Below, one piece after another: positions 1-13,477 of a stretch of 64,000 nucleotides of DNA (within the stretch, counting starts at the first letter, position 1; each line of letters begins with the position of its first letter). This DNA is from Balanoglossus misakiensis (taxonomy: Eukaryota > Animalia > Hemichordata), in the NCBI GenBank assembly GCA_040954595.2, contig CM082576.2:5616760-5680759 (forward strand). The letters run 5' to 3'. Below the pieces are notes generated by a model that made no database searches, had not been told where the DNA came from, and saw only the letters and a program-made list of their open reading frames with translations. A program made the position numbers and the translations under genes.

Positions 1-988
1 CATGAAATATGGAACGTTTGACACATTAGAAGAGACTTTGTTCTGACACGTTTTAACCTTGTTGATCTTTAGCTTGGAATCAATAAAATGCGAATGCCGT
101 AATTATAAAATTTATGACTGGCCCAATTAATTTAAATTCCTTTGTGGACACATTTCTGCAATGTGGTGACATAAATACAAGTCATTTGCTGATCTGCAGC
201 TGCTGGTCCAGAAAATAGTGAAATGACATAATTACCAGCAGCATACAAAATCAGATAACCATGGTTGTTGAACAGCATTTGCATTTTGACCCTGTACTTT
301 ACTTGCATGTGTCTATTTGGAAGTCAAGTGGTATGTTTAATAAAGTTTTTCGTTCAAGAATGGACTTGTTACAGGCACTGATCTCCAGTTGATTGCTTTC
401 TCATCATTACAGACTCACAAATTAATATGAAGCTGATTAAAAATCTTCACACACGCTTGTGCTTGGCATAACCAGAACCTTTGAGTGTGTACACGTCCAG
501 TAACAGGAGCTGCATGATTGGCCATTTACAACTGCGTGACACCACTTACAACTGCATGACAGCACTTGTCAATCACAACATGATCTATACTCCCCCAAGC
601 CACCAGGGGAAGTCTTGAGGAAAGGAAGCCCCTGCAGGATGAACATCGCTAATGAAAAAATGTTATTGTCCCTACTTCTGCATTCTTGGCCACCATCTAC
701 CTCAGTGCATGCTGGATATGCGAAAAAAAGGTTTACTGTACTGGACACAACTGGAAGATCCAGAATCCATATACATGTATTATCCGGCTTCAAGCATCAT
801 GAACAAATGAACTTCCCCAACTGTCCCACACCCCAAACCTCTCCCTGCCAATCCCCATCCCCCAGTCTGTCTGCACACTTCAATCAATATTAATTACACT
901 CACTACACTGCCACCAACTTAACCCCCAATTTCTAGTCCCCACCCCTACCCACAAAGAACAATGATGCAAAAGTCAAAGAACACTTAC

Positions 989-3673
989 CAACACACTGTG
1001 CATTCCCAGATAGATCCTACTGAGACATACCAGTATACACCAGATGATTGCTATCGTCAGGCCCACCCATAATGGATACTGAAAAATTACCAAAAAATGG
1101 AAAATAATTACAACAAAATACAAGGGCTGCTCAGAAAAGGTACTTAATTTGTGAATTGTTGAGAAAGACAGATGGTGTTATCGACTATTGTGATCAGGGG
1201 ACATAACATAAAACATTTACACTAATCACTCTATGTCGGAGGAGCTCTTCTACTTCTGTGTATATCATGGAAGTCAATAACAATATTGATTTTGTTGCCT
1301 GTATTATACTGGCCAATTTGTTCAATACTATTACTACTGTAACACAGGCGCACAAAGCAATTAGACCAGATTATGATTCTGGATAGTGTAAGTTTGTAAA
1401 CTACAACTGAATCTGTACATGAAACTTTGCAATGTAATGATAGGCCCTTCATTCGATACCTAGATGTAGTAAAAAAAACATGCATCTACACACCAAATAC
1501 CAAGGTGATACAAAGTGATTCTCAAGTTTCTGCATGCAGGGGATTTGTATCTGAGTGTGTGTCATATGTACACACAACACAAATCCGTACATACATGTAC
1601 AAACCTAATAAATAACATACATACATAGTACTAGTATACAAACACACGACTCTGATATGATCTTTGGAAGCTAGTGATTCTGAAAGGACTTTCACTCTTC
1701 TTCAAGTATACTGTAAGCTTTGTTTGACAAACTGCACTCATTTAAGTCATAGCCATTATTATTAAACCATGTTTAAAATGACTGCTGTATCATTTTTTAA
1801 TATTTGTGTTCAGACACAATTTCTTGCGAGTGAAAACACAAAGACTTCCATGTCAACCCAATGAAGGATCTTCCTTCCCTTCTTCATTGTATGTAAATTA
1901 TGATCACTGTAAGCTGTTTCAGGGTCACTTAATGGAGTGACAAAGTGCCATAAGCCACACACTGCAGACGTTGACGGATGAACAAAGAAAGTGGCCATGG
2001 GATGCTGAAAGGAAGGTGTGTAAAGAGCTGTCTACAGCCGCTTGTAACAAGCACCAAACAAAAATCAATAGAGGTTATAAAGAATTTTTGTCTGTTTATT
2101 ATCTGTACCACAGCACTCAAAAAGGGGAATGCACTTTGGCAAACAGTTAGTTGAAAAACAGTATTTCTTGAATGGCTGACAACTAGTTTCCCAGAGGTAG
2201 GTCAAACAAATGAAGGACCATACAGAAACTACTGCTGAAAATTACATTTTCTTCAGGTTCTAAAATTCAGGTGTTGCTGAATTTTGAACAAACTTTGTTA
2301 TAAATTTGTAGAAATGAAGTTTTGGAGAATTTTTGTGTCGAATCAGGGCCATATTTCCTAACTTTGTGCACTCCCTGCAGTTTTCACTCTCAGTGTCGCA
2401 CTGCAGTGAAGGTCCCCATTAATCACAACACCATGATCCATCTAGCATGACGGTTACAACAAGCTATTCAGTTTTATTACCAGACTTCATGGTCAAGTGT
2501 GAGTCATCTCACAAAGCACATTGACAACAGCTCTCTCATTACAGGTAATTTCCCTGCTATTCTTTGCTACATGTGAGCTGGATGCCATGGGTTACTGGTT
2601 GAAAATTTACGACCTGACCTCACCCAGCATAAATTAGGTGTTGTGTTTTTATACAGCCGACTCGACTCGGTCTAACAGCATTGTATTGACCTGTCCTCAC
2701 CAATCACAGGGCATCCCTTGTATTTGTTAGAGTCTGCATAGTGGTCAACTCGTCTGGTGTTGTCAGTTCTGGTTCAAATTGCTACCATCACCATGGAGAT
2801 AGGGGTTTTATGTTCATCCTACCTGCATGGTCCCATGGTCACTGAACTCAGCTCTGATTTGTCAATGATCAAAGCAAAACAAAAGCCATCAATGACCGTG
2901 CATTATGTGAATGAAACCTTGGATTATCATTCACTTTTACAGTCTATTCATTCGGCATTTCCGAAATGATGCAGGTTACTGACATCGATATCGTTTCAAA
3001 GGAAATTTAATTTACACATGGCACTCTTTTGTGAATGGTAACAGGAAAAAGTGGACAATGTAGCACTACTCACCTGATATCTATTCATGGTGCATATTAG
3101 CAATGTAAATGGTATACACAAGCCTGTCATGGCATGGGTAGACGGCATACCGTATTCCTTCATATAGACATTGACCGTGTCAAGCCTCACGACGGGTGGA
3201 CAGCTCGGCCGGGGCAACTTAAAAATATCCTTGCTACCTTGTCCAAGGAAAGTCACTACAACCCACATAATGACCACCCTTCTGGCGACCCACATCGATA
3301 TATTCCAAAAACAGAAAGGTAGAAAAACGATGAAGAAAATTTCATCCCCGAGAGCTGCCCCGAAATTAAACAAGTGATACCAGAATCTGGAATTGACTTT
3401 GACTTGAACGGGTTGTTTGCCAGGCATTTGGTGGACAGGCTTCTCCTCGCTGCTGCTGCTGAGGCCAATCGAAGCGGCCTCACCATTGTGGTCGCCATCG
3501 GGCAACACAACATGCCGGTTCCGGAGTCGGTAGCCGTCGTTTCCGATCTTTTTCGATATAGTGGAATCCTTCACGCCATCCTTAGGGACCCAGGGAACTA
3601 CCTCGACGCCGAAGAGGCGTTGAAATTTGGCCACGGTTTCAGCGCCGGTGAAGAAATCGACAACCGTCTCCAT
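989..3673 (-). CDS. SGPP: Sphingosine-1-phosphate phosphatase (PAP2 family), paralog 1; partial, last exon lies before the window start
   Basis: Exon 1 is 3673-3074 (ATG to CAG|GTGAGT) with motifs C1 KDIFKLPRP and C2 PSTH. A 90-nt exon 2 at 1078-989 encodes YPLWVGLTIAIIWCILVCLSRIYLGMHSVL (C3 motif) with AG/GT borders. No third exon in 1-988. Confidence 0.9.
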
Positions 3674-5511
3674 CACCCCACTCACGCTCGCTGCTGCCAC
3701 TCGAGATCAAAACCACCCCGGTACGCAGCCGGAATTTCGCGAGAGAGTGGTCAATGACGTTTACTTCCGGGTTCACTTTCAAAGAAATAGTCCAGTCTTA
3801 AAAGATCAATGCCTCGCTTATAAGGTGATTCTGGGGTACTTCTTAAGAGAGGTCGCGACGATTTTTCAGTTTTCATTCAACCCAAGAAAGTATGGATCTC
3901 ACGACGAGGCATGCATTCATCGTGCATATCAGATTCGCGTCCTCGCCCTTGCGAGTATTATTACTATACCGGCAGCTCGTAAAATTGTGTGAACAGGCAG
4001 GAACAGCGAAACATGCGGAACAATACGCGATATATTGACACGCCCACAACCAAACTTGCACAGTTTCAGAAAATACATTCTCTCGTTTAATAGTTATTGA
4101 GGGCGATATTTGCTACTAAAGCTACTTAAAACTGGTAAACCACCAGATAGACTGAATAATTATCAGATGGAACTTGCATTTACTGATATAAAACGCACCT
4201 AGTTGTTTAAACCAAACCTTTGTAATCTGGAAACCTGTATATACCGAACACCTTTCTAGTCCCCTTCCCTTAGTTACACACATTTTACTACCACAGTAAC
4301 AAGAAGTAGACTCGACCTTATACAAACGTCATACTGTACTTCTATTGAAAAACTGTCATAACAAATAAAGATTACCAAGTACAGTATAGTTGCCATATTA
4401 TGTCTGTGTATCAAAAACAATTTATTTCACAAAGTTTTGATTAGAGTTACACTAAAAAAATACAAAGTTTTTCACAAATTTGATATGGTCATTTAAGTAT
4501 TTTTAAAATGATGACAAATTTTGAAGGAAAAATATCACTGAAACTTTAAAAGACATTTGTTGCATTATATACAGAATTACATGATTATGACATTAATTAT
4601 TCCTGATTTATACCTGATATACGCAGTATTCTGAAAGAATAAACAGCTCCATATTTCAAACTGGAAATGACCCAAAGGGATTTTACACATACGCCAAACA
4701 TTAACTTCATACATTCGTCACATGATAAATCATTTTTCAGGAAAGTTATGTTAACCAATAAGATTTGACAAAACATCAGTGTCACAATCTGATTTCTACT
4801 TTTAAAGCTAAAAGCTCCTCACTGATTCATTAACTGGCTTCATTATTTCATAGCTGTATTGGGCTGATGATATTCTGCCAAAAAATGCATTCATAACTGA
4901 GGAAGTAAATTGTGAAGTATAGGTGGGCCCAGTACTGGGGCTGACTTCAAATCAAAACAATGAAAAGAGATCATAGCAGTGATATGGTTGAGCTGTCTGA
5001 TCACACTGGTAGTCATCAGTGTCACTTTGATCAGTCAAATGAATTTTTAAGTCCAAATAATTAATTCTTAGTGTGATATCAGATTACACATGGTAATATA
5101 CAAAGACATACATCAGAACATCTTGCAGTTCCCCCCCCCCAAGTCACCATCCCTTCCAGTGATAAATTTTCAGGTGAGTGATTTTTCCATAAAAAAATTC
5201 TCTGTATGATTGTCATCATATGACCACAACTACAATCTACAACTAGACTAGTTTTTTCCGATTACTAACATTTATAGTAAAATGGTGCTGTCAATATACT
5301 GCATGAGAAATCTTGCCTTCTGATTGCAATTACTAATGAAAATAAGCATTTTTTGTTAATTTCATTGCACTTTTTGAATCAACGCCCTGAGAAGGTAAAT
5401 TGATTAATTGGGCAATAATCCAAGTTGTCTTGGATTGGTCGATGGTATATGCTTGTAATATTAAAGATTTAGTGTAAATTTTTGTTGTATTGCGTGTTTT
5501 GGGTAATTTTT

Positions 5512-8500
5512 CTACTGTAAACCCAAATAGACATATAAGGCTGGTACAGTGAGGCACGCATTCAACACAACCGCCATGTACGTGAAGAATTTCTTGGGCA
5601 ATTCAATGACAACGCGCTCTGTAGCTTTGGCCTCGGCATAGGGGATGCCCAGGATGAAGCAGACCACTGCATAAATGGTGGGCTTCATCACCAATCTGGT
5701 GAGCAACAAAATTGGGATGCCGATGGCGGACTTGAGAATAATCAACCCTATCATGTAAAGGTCGGGACTCGGGATTTGATAAGGAGGGGGCTCAACAGGA
5801 TCGAGAGGGAGGATATTGTAATGATTTTTTGCCCACATTCCTATCTGAGCACCTGTTGCCACCCCTAAAATCAGAGTGGCATCACCTCGGGCTGCACTCC
5901 ATCTGTCTAGAGTCGGATAGCAGACACACATAGAAATACCGATGATGAGGGCTGTTATTGCTCCGTAGTCATGCCAGCAGAAGAACTCATCCATCATACT
6001 CAAATAAGGAGCCACGACGACGACAATGGCTGCAGAATAGACAAGTCCTACTATTATGTCCTGCAAGAGAAAAAAAAGACAATCAACACACTGGGCCAAA
6101 ACTGGTTTTGGACTTGAGCTGTCCATTGGCAGGGATTGATTGATTCATGCTGCCTTTCCAATTAGTCTCTCCGTCTCCTCATCTAGCGCCCTCATGTGAC
6201 ACAAAATGAAATAACTTTCTAATGTTCACAGGCCATCCTTGCAATTACAAACATGCTATTATTCCTATAAATTGGCCACTTAGAGTTGCAAAACCACGTC
6301 TGGACCAAGTTATGCTCACAACATCACCACAGCCAAAATATTTAATGCGCCCAATTACATTTCACCATCTGTGCTAGCTAAGCACTTCATGTTCCTCCAC
6401 AGGGTTCTTGACTCCAAGTTCCGAAACTGAGTCCAAATTCTAGACACTGATTTACTACCATTCTAGATGTATTGTGGGTAATGTCTGTAGGTCAGCTGAA
6501 ATGACCTGGTAGGGATTGTTTTACTAGTTTATGCAAAACAACATGCATGCAGTCTAATAATAGAGATATACCCGTGAATTTATATGGTAATTTCAACCTT
6601 GTATGCCATGCTTGTTAATATTCATCTCAAGAGTCCAGAAATTTTAGTTGTAAGGCTATGGGGTGTGTGATGGTAATTATAGAGTTTCGTCGACCAGCAG
6701 TATACAAATCCTAGTCCTAATTTTGGACCAATGCTCAAGGGTTAATACAATACATTGTTGGGTGATTAATTTTGAACTTTGGCCCTACATAGATAGTAGG
6801 CTGGGTTAATTTACTGAAAAGCTATGTTGGACTCAGGGGTTAGCGAGACTTACTGTTCATAATACAAAGCTCTAAACTGTCCTAGTTGCCTTAAATATTT
6901 CCAATCAAGCAGATTCAGTGATCAACTTCCTTTTTGGAACTGTTCAAAAAAATACGATCTCCATTTGAATTAATTTTCTGTGCTTTTACATTTTCAATAG
7001 TTTTTGAGTTGAGTGTTGCATGCTTACCTGTGAGGGCGCTAAACAAAATAAAGCCACTTGTCTCCGTCACAGAAAAGTGGAAGACAATTTGAGGCTCCAA
7101 ATAATAAAGCGTTGCACCTACAGGCATTTAACCTTGCAGTTTACAGGTCTATTCTTAAAATCCCACATATTCTGTAAATGATAATTGTGACCTTGTTGCA
7201 TATTAAAGTATTGGCCATATGGTCCATATGGGTGTCTGCCTATAACTGGGTAAATATGGGAATTGTATGCATATCATCGACTTGGTTTTCAATAAAAATT
7301 AAATTTCTGGCAAGATTTACAAAAATATCCCACCAGTCAGCTCTTATTGACATACATGTATATAGTTGCACTGCTAGCATACATGAATAACATTTTGTGG
7401 GGTTTCTGTGTGATTTAGAATAAATGTTATTTTTAAATTTTAAAAGCCATACAGTCCTACACTGTGAGAGTTTGACATTAAATTGAGAAAGAGGAACTAG
7501 GACTAGGTATGTGACACTTATGGAATGATCGCTCTAATGGGTAAAAAGCAGGTCATGTTAACTATCATAGTTTGTTAATGATTACTTTTTCGTCTGGTTA
7601 TTCATTGCTTGTATATCTACATATATCCAGTAATGCACGTAATACATTTTGTACTCAATTTATAATTGCCAAAGTCAGAATCAAATACATTAGCTTGTCT
7701 GAAATCCTATTCTGCAATTTTTAATCAGAAATCATAAATGTAGAATCAATCAGTTTTGTGTCATTTATATCCCTGTGCATCTGAAAAATTAATTACCAGT
7801 AAATATCGATGGGTTATCAATATTTAATTCTGAATGTGGAAATGATCGTTGAACATTAATTTGGTGACATCATCAGCCTATTAAACTGTAAGAATGTTTA
7901 TTTTGTTACTGTACCAACACAGAACAGTTTACATTTCTCTGTAATGAATGCTCAGCCTTGGATGGCATGTGCACATTCCTGTTTTGTACAACCTAATTAT
8001 ATGAATTGGCATAAGTTCCATAATAGGTACTAATAATGCAATTTGTTTTGAACATTTTGTATTGTCTCCATCATATCCGCTTTGACAGTAACATTTACAA
8101 ACATTGCAAAACTGAAAGTGATCATGACTAAAATATAGTGTTTCGATGTTATTTTCAGCCTAGATGTAATTGATACATGAAGGATATGAGTAAACATCTA
8201 TGCCAGTGACATCAAATACAACCAGCAGAATTCTGTACTACCACAATGTACTGATTAAAAGAAGATTGTCAACTATTTATAAACAAGTCATAATGTTCAA
8301 GATTAAATTTATTTTCTAATTTCACCAAGGCAAACAATCTTTCATTTCTGTCACCACACCAACTTCTCTTATTACACTTTGTCCTGTACTATTATTGAAA
8401 CACAAGGTTGGTTTGTTTGTTGATTGTTTATGGTAGCTTAGCAACTACATGACAGTTATCATCAGCAATGCCTTTGAATTTAATTTATGTACTGTAGGGT

Positions 8501-11500
8501 TTTAAAATGACAACTTTTGTTGTGTCAACTGCAGCAGGCCTCAACTGAAAAGGGAAATACAGTTCTTTACCAATATTAATCAACAACCCCATTGTAAACC
8601 GGTAACCTCTGACCATGACCCTGTTGACAACTTGACAATGATCAGAGATTCTCTATACATTGTAATTGTCAATGGTTTATTTTTAGCTTCAAGGGCACAC
8701 TCACCACCGTATATTCATTATTTGGGTTATTCTTTAACAAATGGAAATTTAAATTTTAACATATCATCACCCCCCCCCCCCCCCCCACCCCCAATCAAGT
8801 TAATGGAATGCTGTCTCTAACCATATATGATTAAAAGGGCATCATCTCTGGCCCACATTTTTTGCATGGCCACTCAACTGAAAATCTGCTTTGGCTAGAT
8901 CTCAAAGTTTCATGGTTATCTAGGACATAATTTGCAAGTGATCTACTGTATGTAAATCAGGGATAACAAACTTTTAAACAACAATTCATGTTATGTGGTT
9001 GTACTAGCTTATTCCACAGACACCTTATAGAACACAGCTCCAGTACAACATTGTATAAGCACAGAAATGTCAGTGCAGTATGGTTGACCATTTCCACTTG
9101 ACACACACTGCAGCTGTCAAACCAGCCTTCTTTGGAATTTGTTTCACCCATCAATATTCACATGTAATGGAGGGCAAAGTTCACCCTTGAAAACTTCACT
9201 GCATCCCACTTTAATCAATCACGGTGATAAATTTTGTCTGCTGCATACATTATGCAAAAGTCCTTGACAACAAATAAGTAGCACAGTCTCCATCTCTCAT
9301 GCAATCTCTCTATATATGGAATAACATCAAATCATTACTTTTAATCATGTTTATGAGTCCATTCCTATGGCCTAACTATCAGGTAGCAGATCGTGACATT
9401 TGATTTTTGTAAATGAAGGTTATCTACCAACTGAACTGTGATCATTATACTGAAGTCCAGCCTATTTATACTGACCTTGTCATGATCTATTTTCTGATAC
9501 AAATACACAAGCTCGAGCAGTATCTTTCAATATTCCTAAAAGACACTCAGGAGTAATATATTTTAAGTAAATCTGAGGCTACAGCAGTTCTGTAAAACAC
9601 TTTAATGCAATCTGATATCCAGCAACTTTTGTCATGATTGAACTAAAAATTCTAGAGACTACATGCAGATCGATGGCATCATTTTAATTGATCTGGAGTC
9701 TGAAGATAATAACATGACCTTCTATGAGTTATTGGATAATTCTTGGCATAACTGAAGAAAGAGTAGAGAAGATCTTAAAACTAACTTGTAAGTGGATATG
9801 CTACAGTAATAAATAATATGACCTTTTTGAGGTCAGAGTCCAAGTTGGCATCATCATTATATGGACCCTGCCACTCTGAGTGTTTTAAGATATCACAGTC
9901 GTACATTATATGTGTATTCATACATGTTTCCCCCAAATTGATAAAGTGAAAAAGTGCAGACAGATGGCCTCACTTTGAAACCGATTTCTGCCATATATTG
10001 TCTAAGAATGCCAGACACCACCTGGTATAATATTCATAATATTTAATCATGCTACAACTAGCTTGTCATATCATAAAATGTTAAACACAGTGAAACATTT
10101 GTCGATGAGTTTTCCCATGATGCATTGTGGCAAAACTTGTGACTGAACAAACTAATTATGTGTTTTGAGGATTTTTATGTTTACTTTGTTAAGTAAATGT
10201 ATTGATCTCAGAGAACATATCCAAAGAGGAATAGCTTGCCATGGACATTACAAACAGTAATTCTGATTGAATGCCATTAGACCTGGTCAAATAAACTCTG
10301 ACTTTGCAAATCCTTTCACTGAGTTATGCAAATACCTTTAGCCTACATTTTAATACTACCACGCGTCCACTCACTGTAGGAATGTTTTGCATAACCATGC
10401 TGTGTTTACTTGAAATGTGATATCATAACACTTTCCATCTGAGTCAGGTATGTGGAAGAGTGAAAACAGTCTAAGAGGTGTTTGAAAGGAATGCAGTCAT
10501 TATTACATTAGAATATTCAGGGAGGAAACTACAACTTGATAATTTTAAATTATGTTTGTTTGTTTGTTGTATTCCTGCATTTTACAGGGTTTTTTTTAAG
10601 AGGACATTGTCAAATTCTGAGAACATTCCTTTAAATAAACTTCTATCATCATTGAGATTTGTCACCACTTCATAATTGATTACCGTTACCACGTAATGCA
10701 AGAATTTGTAATGAATAAAAACAAAAACTACTGGTAATTGGCTTTGTTACCATGGCAGTCATCTCTTGCTTTCAAACACTTAGTTTCCAAACAACTCCGG
10801 AATTATGTTGGCTAGCAGTTTTGCATAACTTCACCTGACCTTTCAATGTCCCGTGACATCTCAATAACCCAATCACCTGACAATGAAGGGTGTGACAATC
10901 CGCGAATGGCACGAACGGCACGTTGTTCAGTCTCTGTCCTTGACATGTGATTTATTTCTTCTTTTACAAGAAAAGAATAGTAACAGTCAGGGCTTTTGAA
11001 TGCTGTATCTGTGCCCATTCTGAAGGTATAAACTACTTTCACATCTGTGTGTTATATGGCATGAGTGTATGGGTGGGGGCCAACAAGTCAGTCCATTGAA
11101 ATGCGGCGGTAAGGCATACGGGTCAGCAGTTCAAAGAAACACTGTCACAGGTGCTACTAAATCTTCTGGCCTTTAATCCTTAGATCAAACCCGTCTTGCT
11201 TCATGGATCAGGATTAATACAGTAAAGAGAATGTTTTCCAAAACAGAATATTATTGGTCAACATTGAAAAGACGGATTTCAGTTTCCATTTTCACCCACT
11301 GATGGATATGCTATTTCCATGACAACCCCATCAAGTCACTGGTTTCTCCCTCCCCCCCCCCCAACCCCGATGTTGAATGAAGACAGCAGGCACTTACCAA
11401 CACACTGTGCATTCCAAGGTAAAGCCGGCTACCGCAAACTATGGTACACCACAACACAACCATGATGACTCCTAGGATGTATGGGTACTGAGAAAATGAA

Positions 11501-13058
11501 GAAAAAGTGACAATTTAACCAAAATGTGAATAAAAAATCCTACGAATAAAATGGAACCCTGTATGTGTTTGACTCTCCATCTTCTTGAGGTCACCAAACA
11601 GGACGTTCAACATATAAAGTAAAACTTGACTCTTGGGGCAGGTCTTGTCCTCGGTTTACCATACTCCTAAAAGCAGCAAAAAAGATATGATTTTGATCTG
11701 CCACCTTTGTCCAGATACTGCTGAGTAAATTATTGTAATTTTGCTAACAAATGAATCAAGTCTGAACGATGGTTATTGTCAATTAATGTGTAATGATATG
11801 CAACTTCAACTAATTTGCATTGACCTAGGAACCATACGTGCTAATTTGCATATTTTGTACCTAATATGGATATATCAGGCAAATGTCCTTGCAAAACTAT
11901 ATTTGTGCATAAATAAATATGTGTGTCAGTCGGGAGCTTTTATGTAGTGCCTTTCAGGTCTTAGTGATGTTGCATTAGATAATATTCATTGAACTCATGC
12001 CAAACATAACATTCTTCTACAGAAACCAAACACAATATCTTTAAAACAATTACCCGTTGCCTACATCCAATAATTTACGCTCATTCCCTGGGTTTAACTT
12101 AATAAACTTTAAAAAAAATACAGAAACTTGCGCAAACCCAAACAAACAACGAAACTGGAAATTATATCGAAAAGTCGACGCTTGTTTAGTTTGCCTAGGC
12201 TAGATTGGTCATTTGTCTCGACAAACTTAAAAGTACGTGCTCCGTGCGGAGTACTGATCGGTAACTATTGATGGGGCCATCAAGGATCTCACTGTTGCTA
12301 TCAAACTCAATCATGGGTAGAAGGTTGATTGTATTATCGCATACCTCGTATCTATCTTTAGTAATATAAAATAGTGTGACGGGTAGAGAGAGCCCCATCA
12401 TGGCGTGCGTGGACGGCATTCCGAATTCCTTGTCGTAGAGATGTTCTAACTTGACCACAGGTGGTGAACTGGGTCTCGGCCACTTGACGATGTCCTTTGC
12501 GCCCTGTCCAAGGTACATGACCAAACACCACATGACGATCAGTTGGCGGGTCATAATCAAGGAAAAATGCCAACAACAAAACGGCAAAAATGTGATGAAA
12601 AATGTCTCGTTTCCTAAGGACGCGCCGAATAGGAAAATGTAGTACCACATTTTGTTGTGGATCTTGTGAGTGACTTTGCTGTTTTTAACATGTCCATTTT
12701 GACTGGTTCTGGCCGATGTAAGTTGGTCCGAATCGCTTGGGTCGCCATCCGAGGTCGATGAAGCCGACTTTTCCACTCCATTCGATTCTGGCCTTGTCCG
12801 GAGAATGCCATTACCACTGTTTTGCTTAATTTCTTGATAATTTCTGTTACCGTTGATGCGGCTCTTTATTGTGTCCTGCGAATACTTGTTGCTCCATCGG
12901 TTTGACGATTTTGTGCCCCCGTTCACCGCCAAGTCTTCGTGATCGGCGCCGCCCACGGATCCGTTGGCCTCGGCAGTTTCTATAATCTCAACGCCGAAGA
13001 GAGTTTGGAACTTCGCGACAGTGTGCGAACTGGTGAGGAAATCCAGCCAGGTCCCCAT
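5512..13058 (-). CDS. SGPP: Sphingosine-1-phosphate phosphatase, paralog 2 (3 exons)
   Basis: Exons 13058-12345, 11487-11398 (YPYILGVIMVVLWCTIVCGSRLYLGMHSVL) and 6060-5512 (DIIVG...LDRWSAARGDAT...). All phase-0 GT-AG junctions. KDIVKWPRP / PSTH / SRxxxxxHxxxD motifs intact. Confidence 0.92.
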
Positions 13059-13443
13059 CGCTCAACGTACGTACGGTGTTACTGTCGATGAAGTTGAGCA
13101 CAAAGCCAACGCGGATGTGACCTCGAAATCTAGAAAAAAGGCGACTATCCGCTTACAGTTACGATAATGAAACGCCCTGCCCTTGTACGTGCAGTTCGAC
13201 CGTGCTTCGCAACCAATCTGTGTGCCCCCGAGGTCTGTGCCAATCCGGTCCGTCGTGTCTTGTTTGTACAGCTCTCACGCTTTAGTTAATCATTCGTTTA
13301 AAAAAAGCGGTACATCGCGACCAAGTTTCCATGGGTGTTGTGCGGCTTTGGTCTAATACCAATACGTAGTATTTCCCCCTTCATTAGAAGTCACGCCCAT
13401 TTCAGTAAAAAAATCACGCAAATTCGTTGAAGCGTGATGCAGA

Positions 13444-13477
13444 AGGGGGCGGGGCGGGGCAGGGCAGGGGATGGGCC
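13444..13477. promoter_or_regulatory. GC-box (Sp1-like) cluster / potential G-quadruplex upstream of SGPP paralog 2
   Basis: GGGGGCGGGGCGGGGCAGGGCAGGGGATGGG about 400 bp upstream of the ATG at 13058, in otherwise AT-rich DNA. Confidence 0.4.

Noticed and set aside
527-567. Two-copy 20-bp tandem repeat (TTACAACTGCRTGACA.CAC)
   Set aside because: Simple intronic slippage duplication with no sign of function.
6200-11390. Hidden gene in the 5.3-kb SGPP paralog 2 intron
   Set aside because: Only short ORFs with no domain similarity or consistent splice chain.
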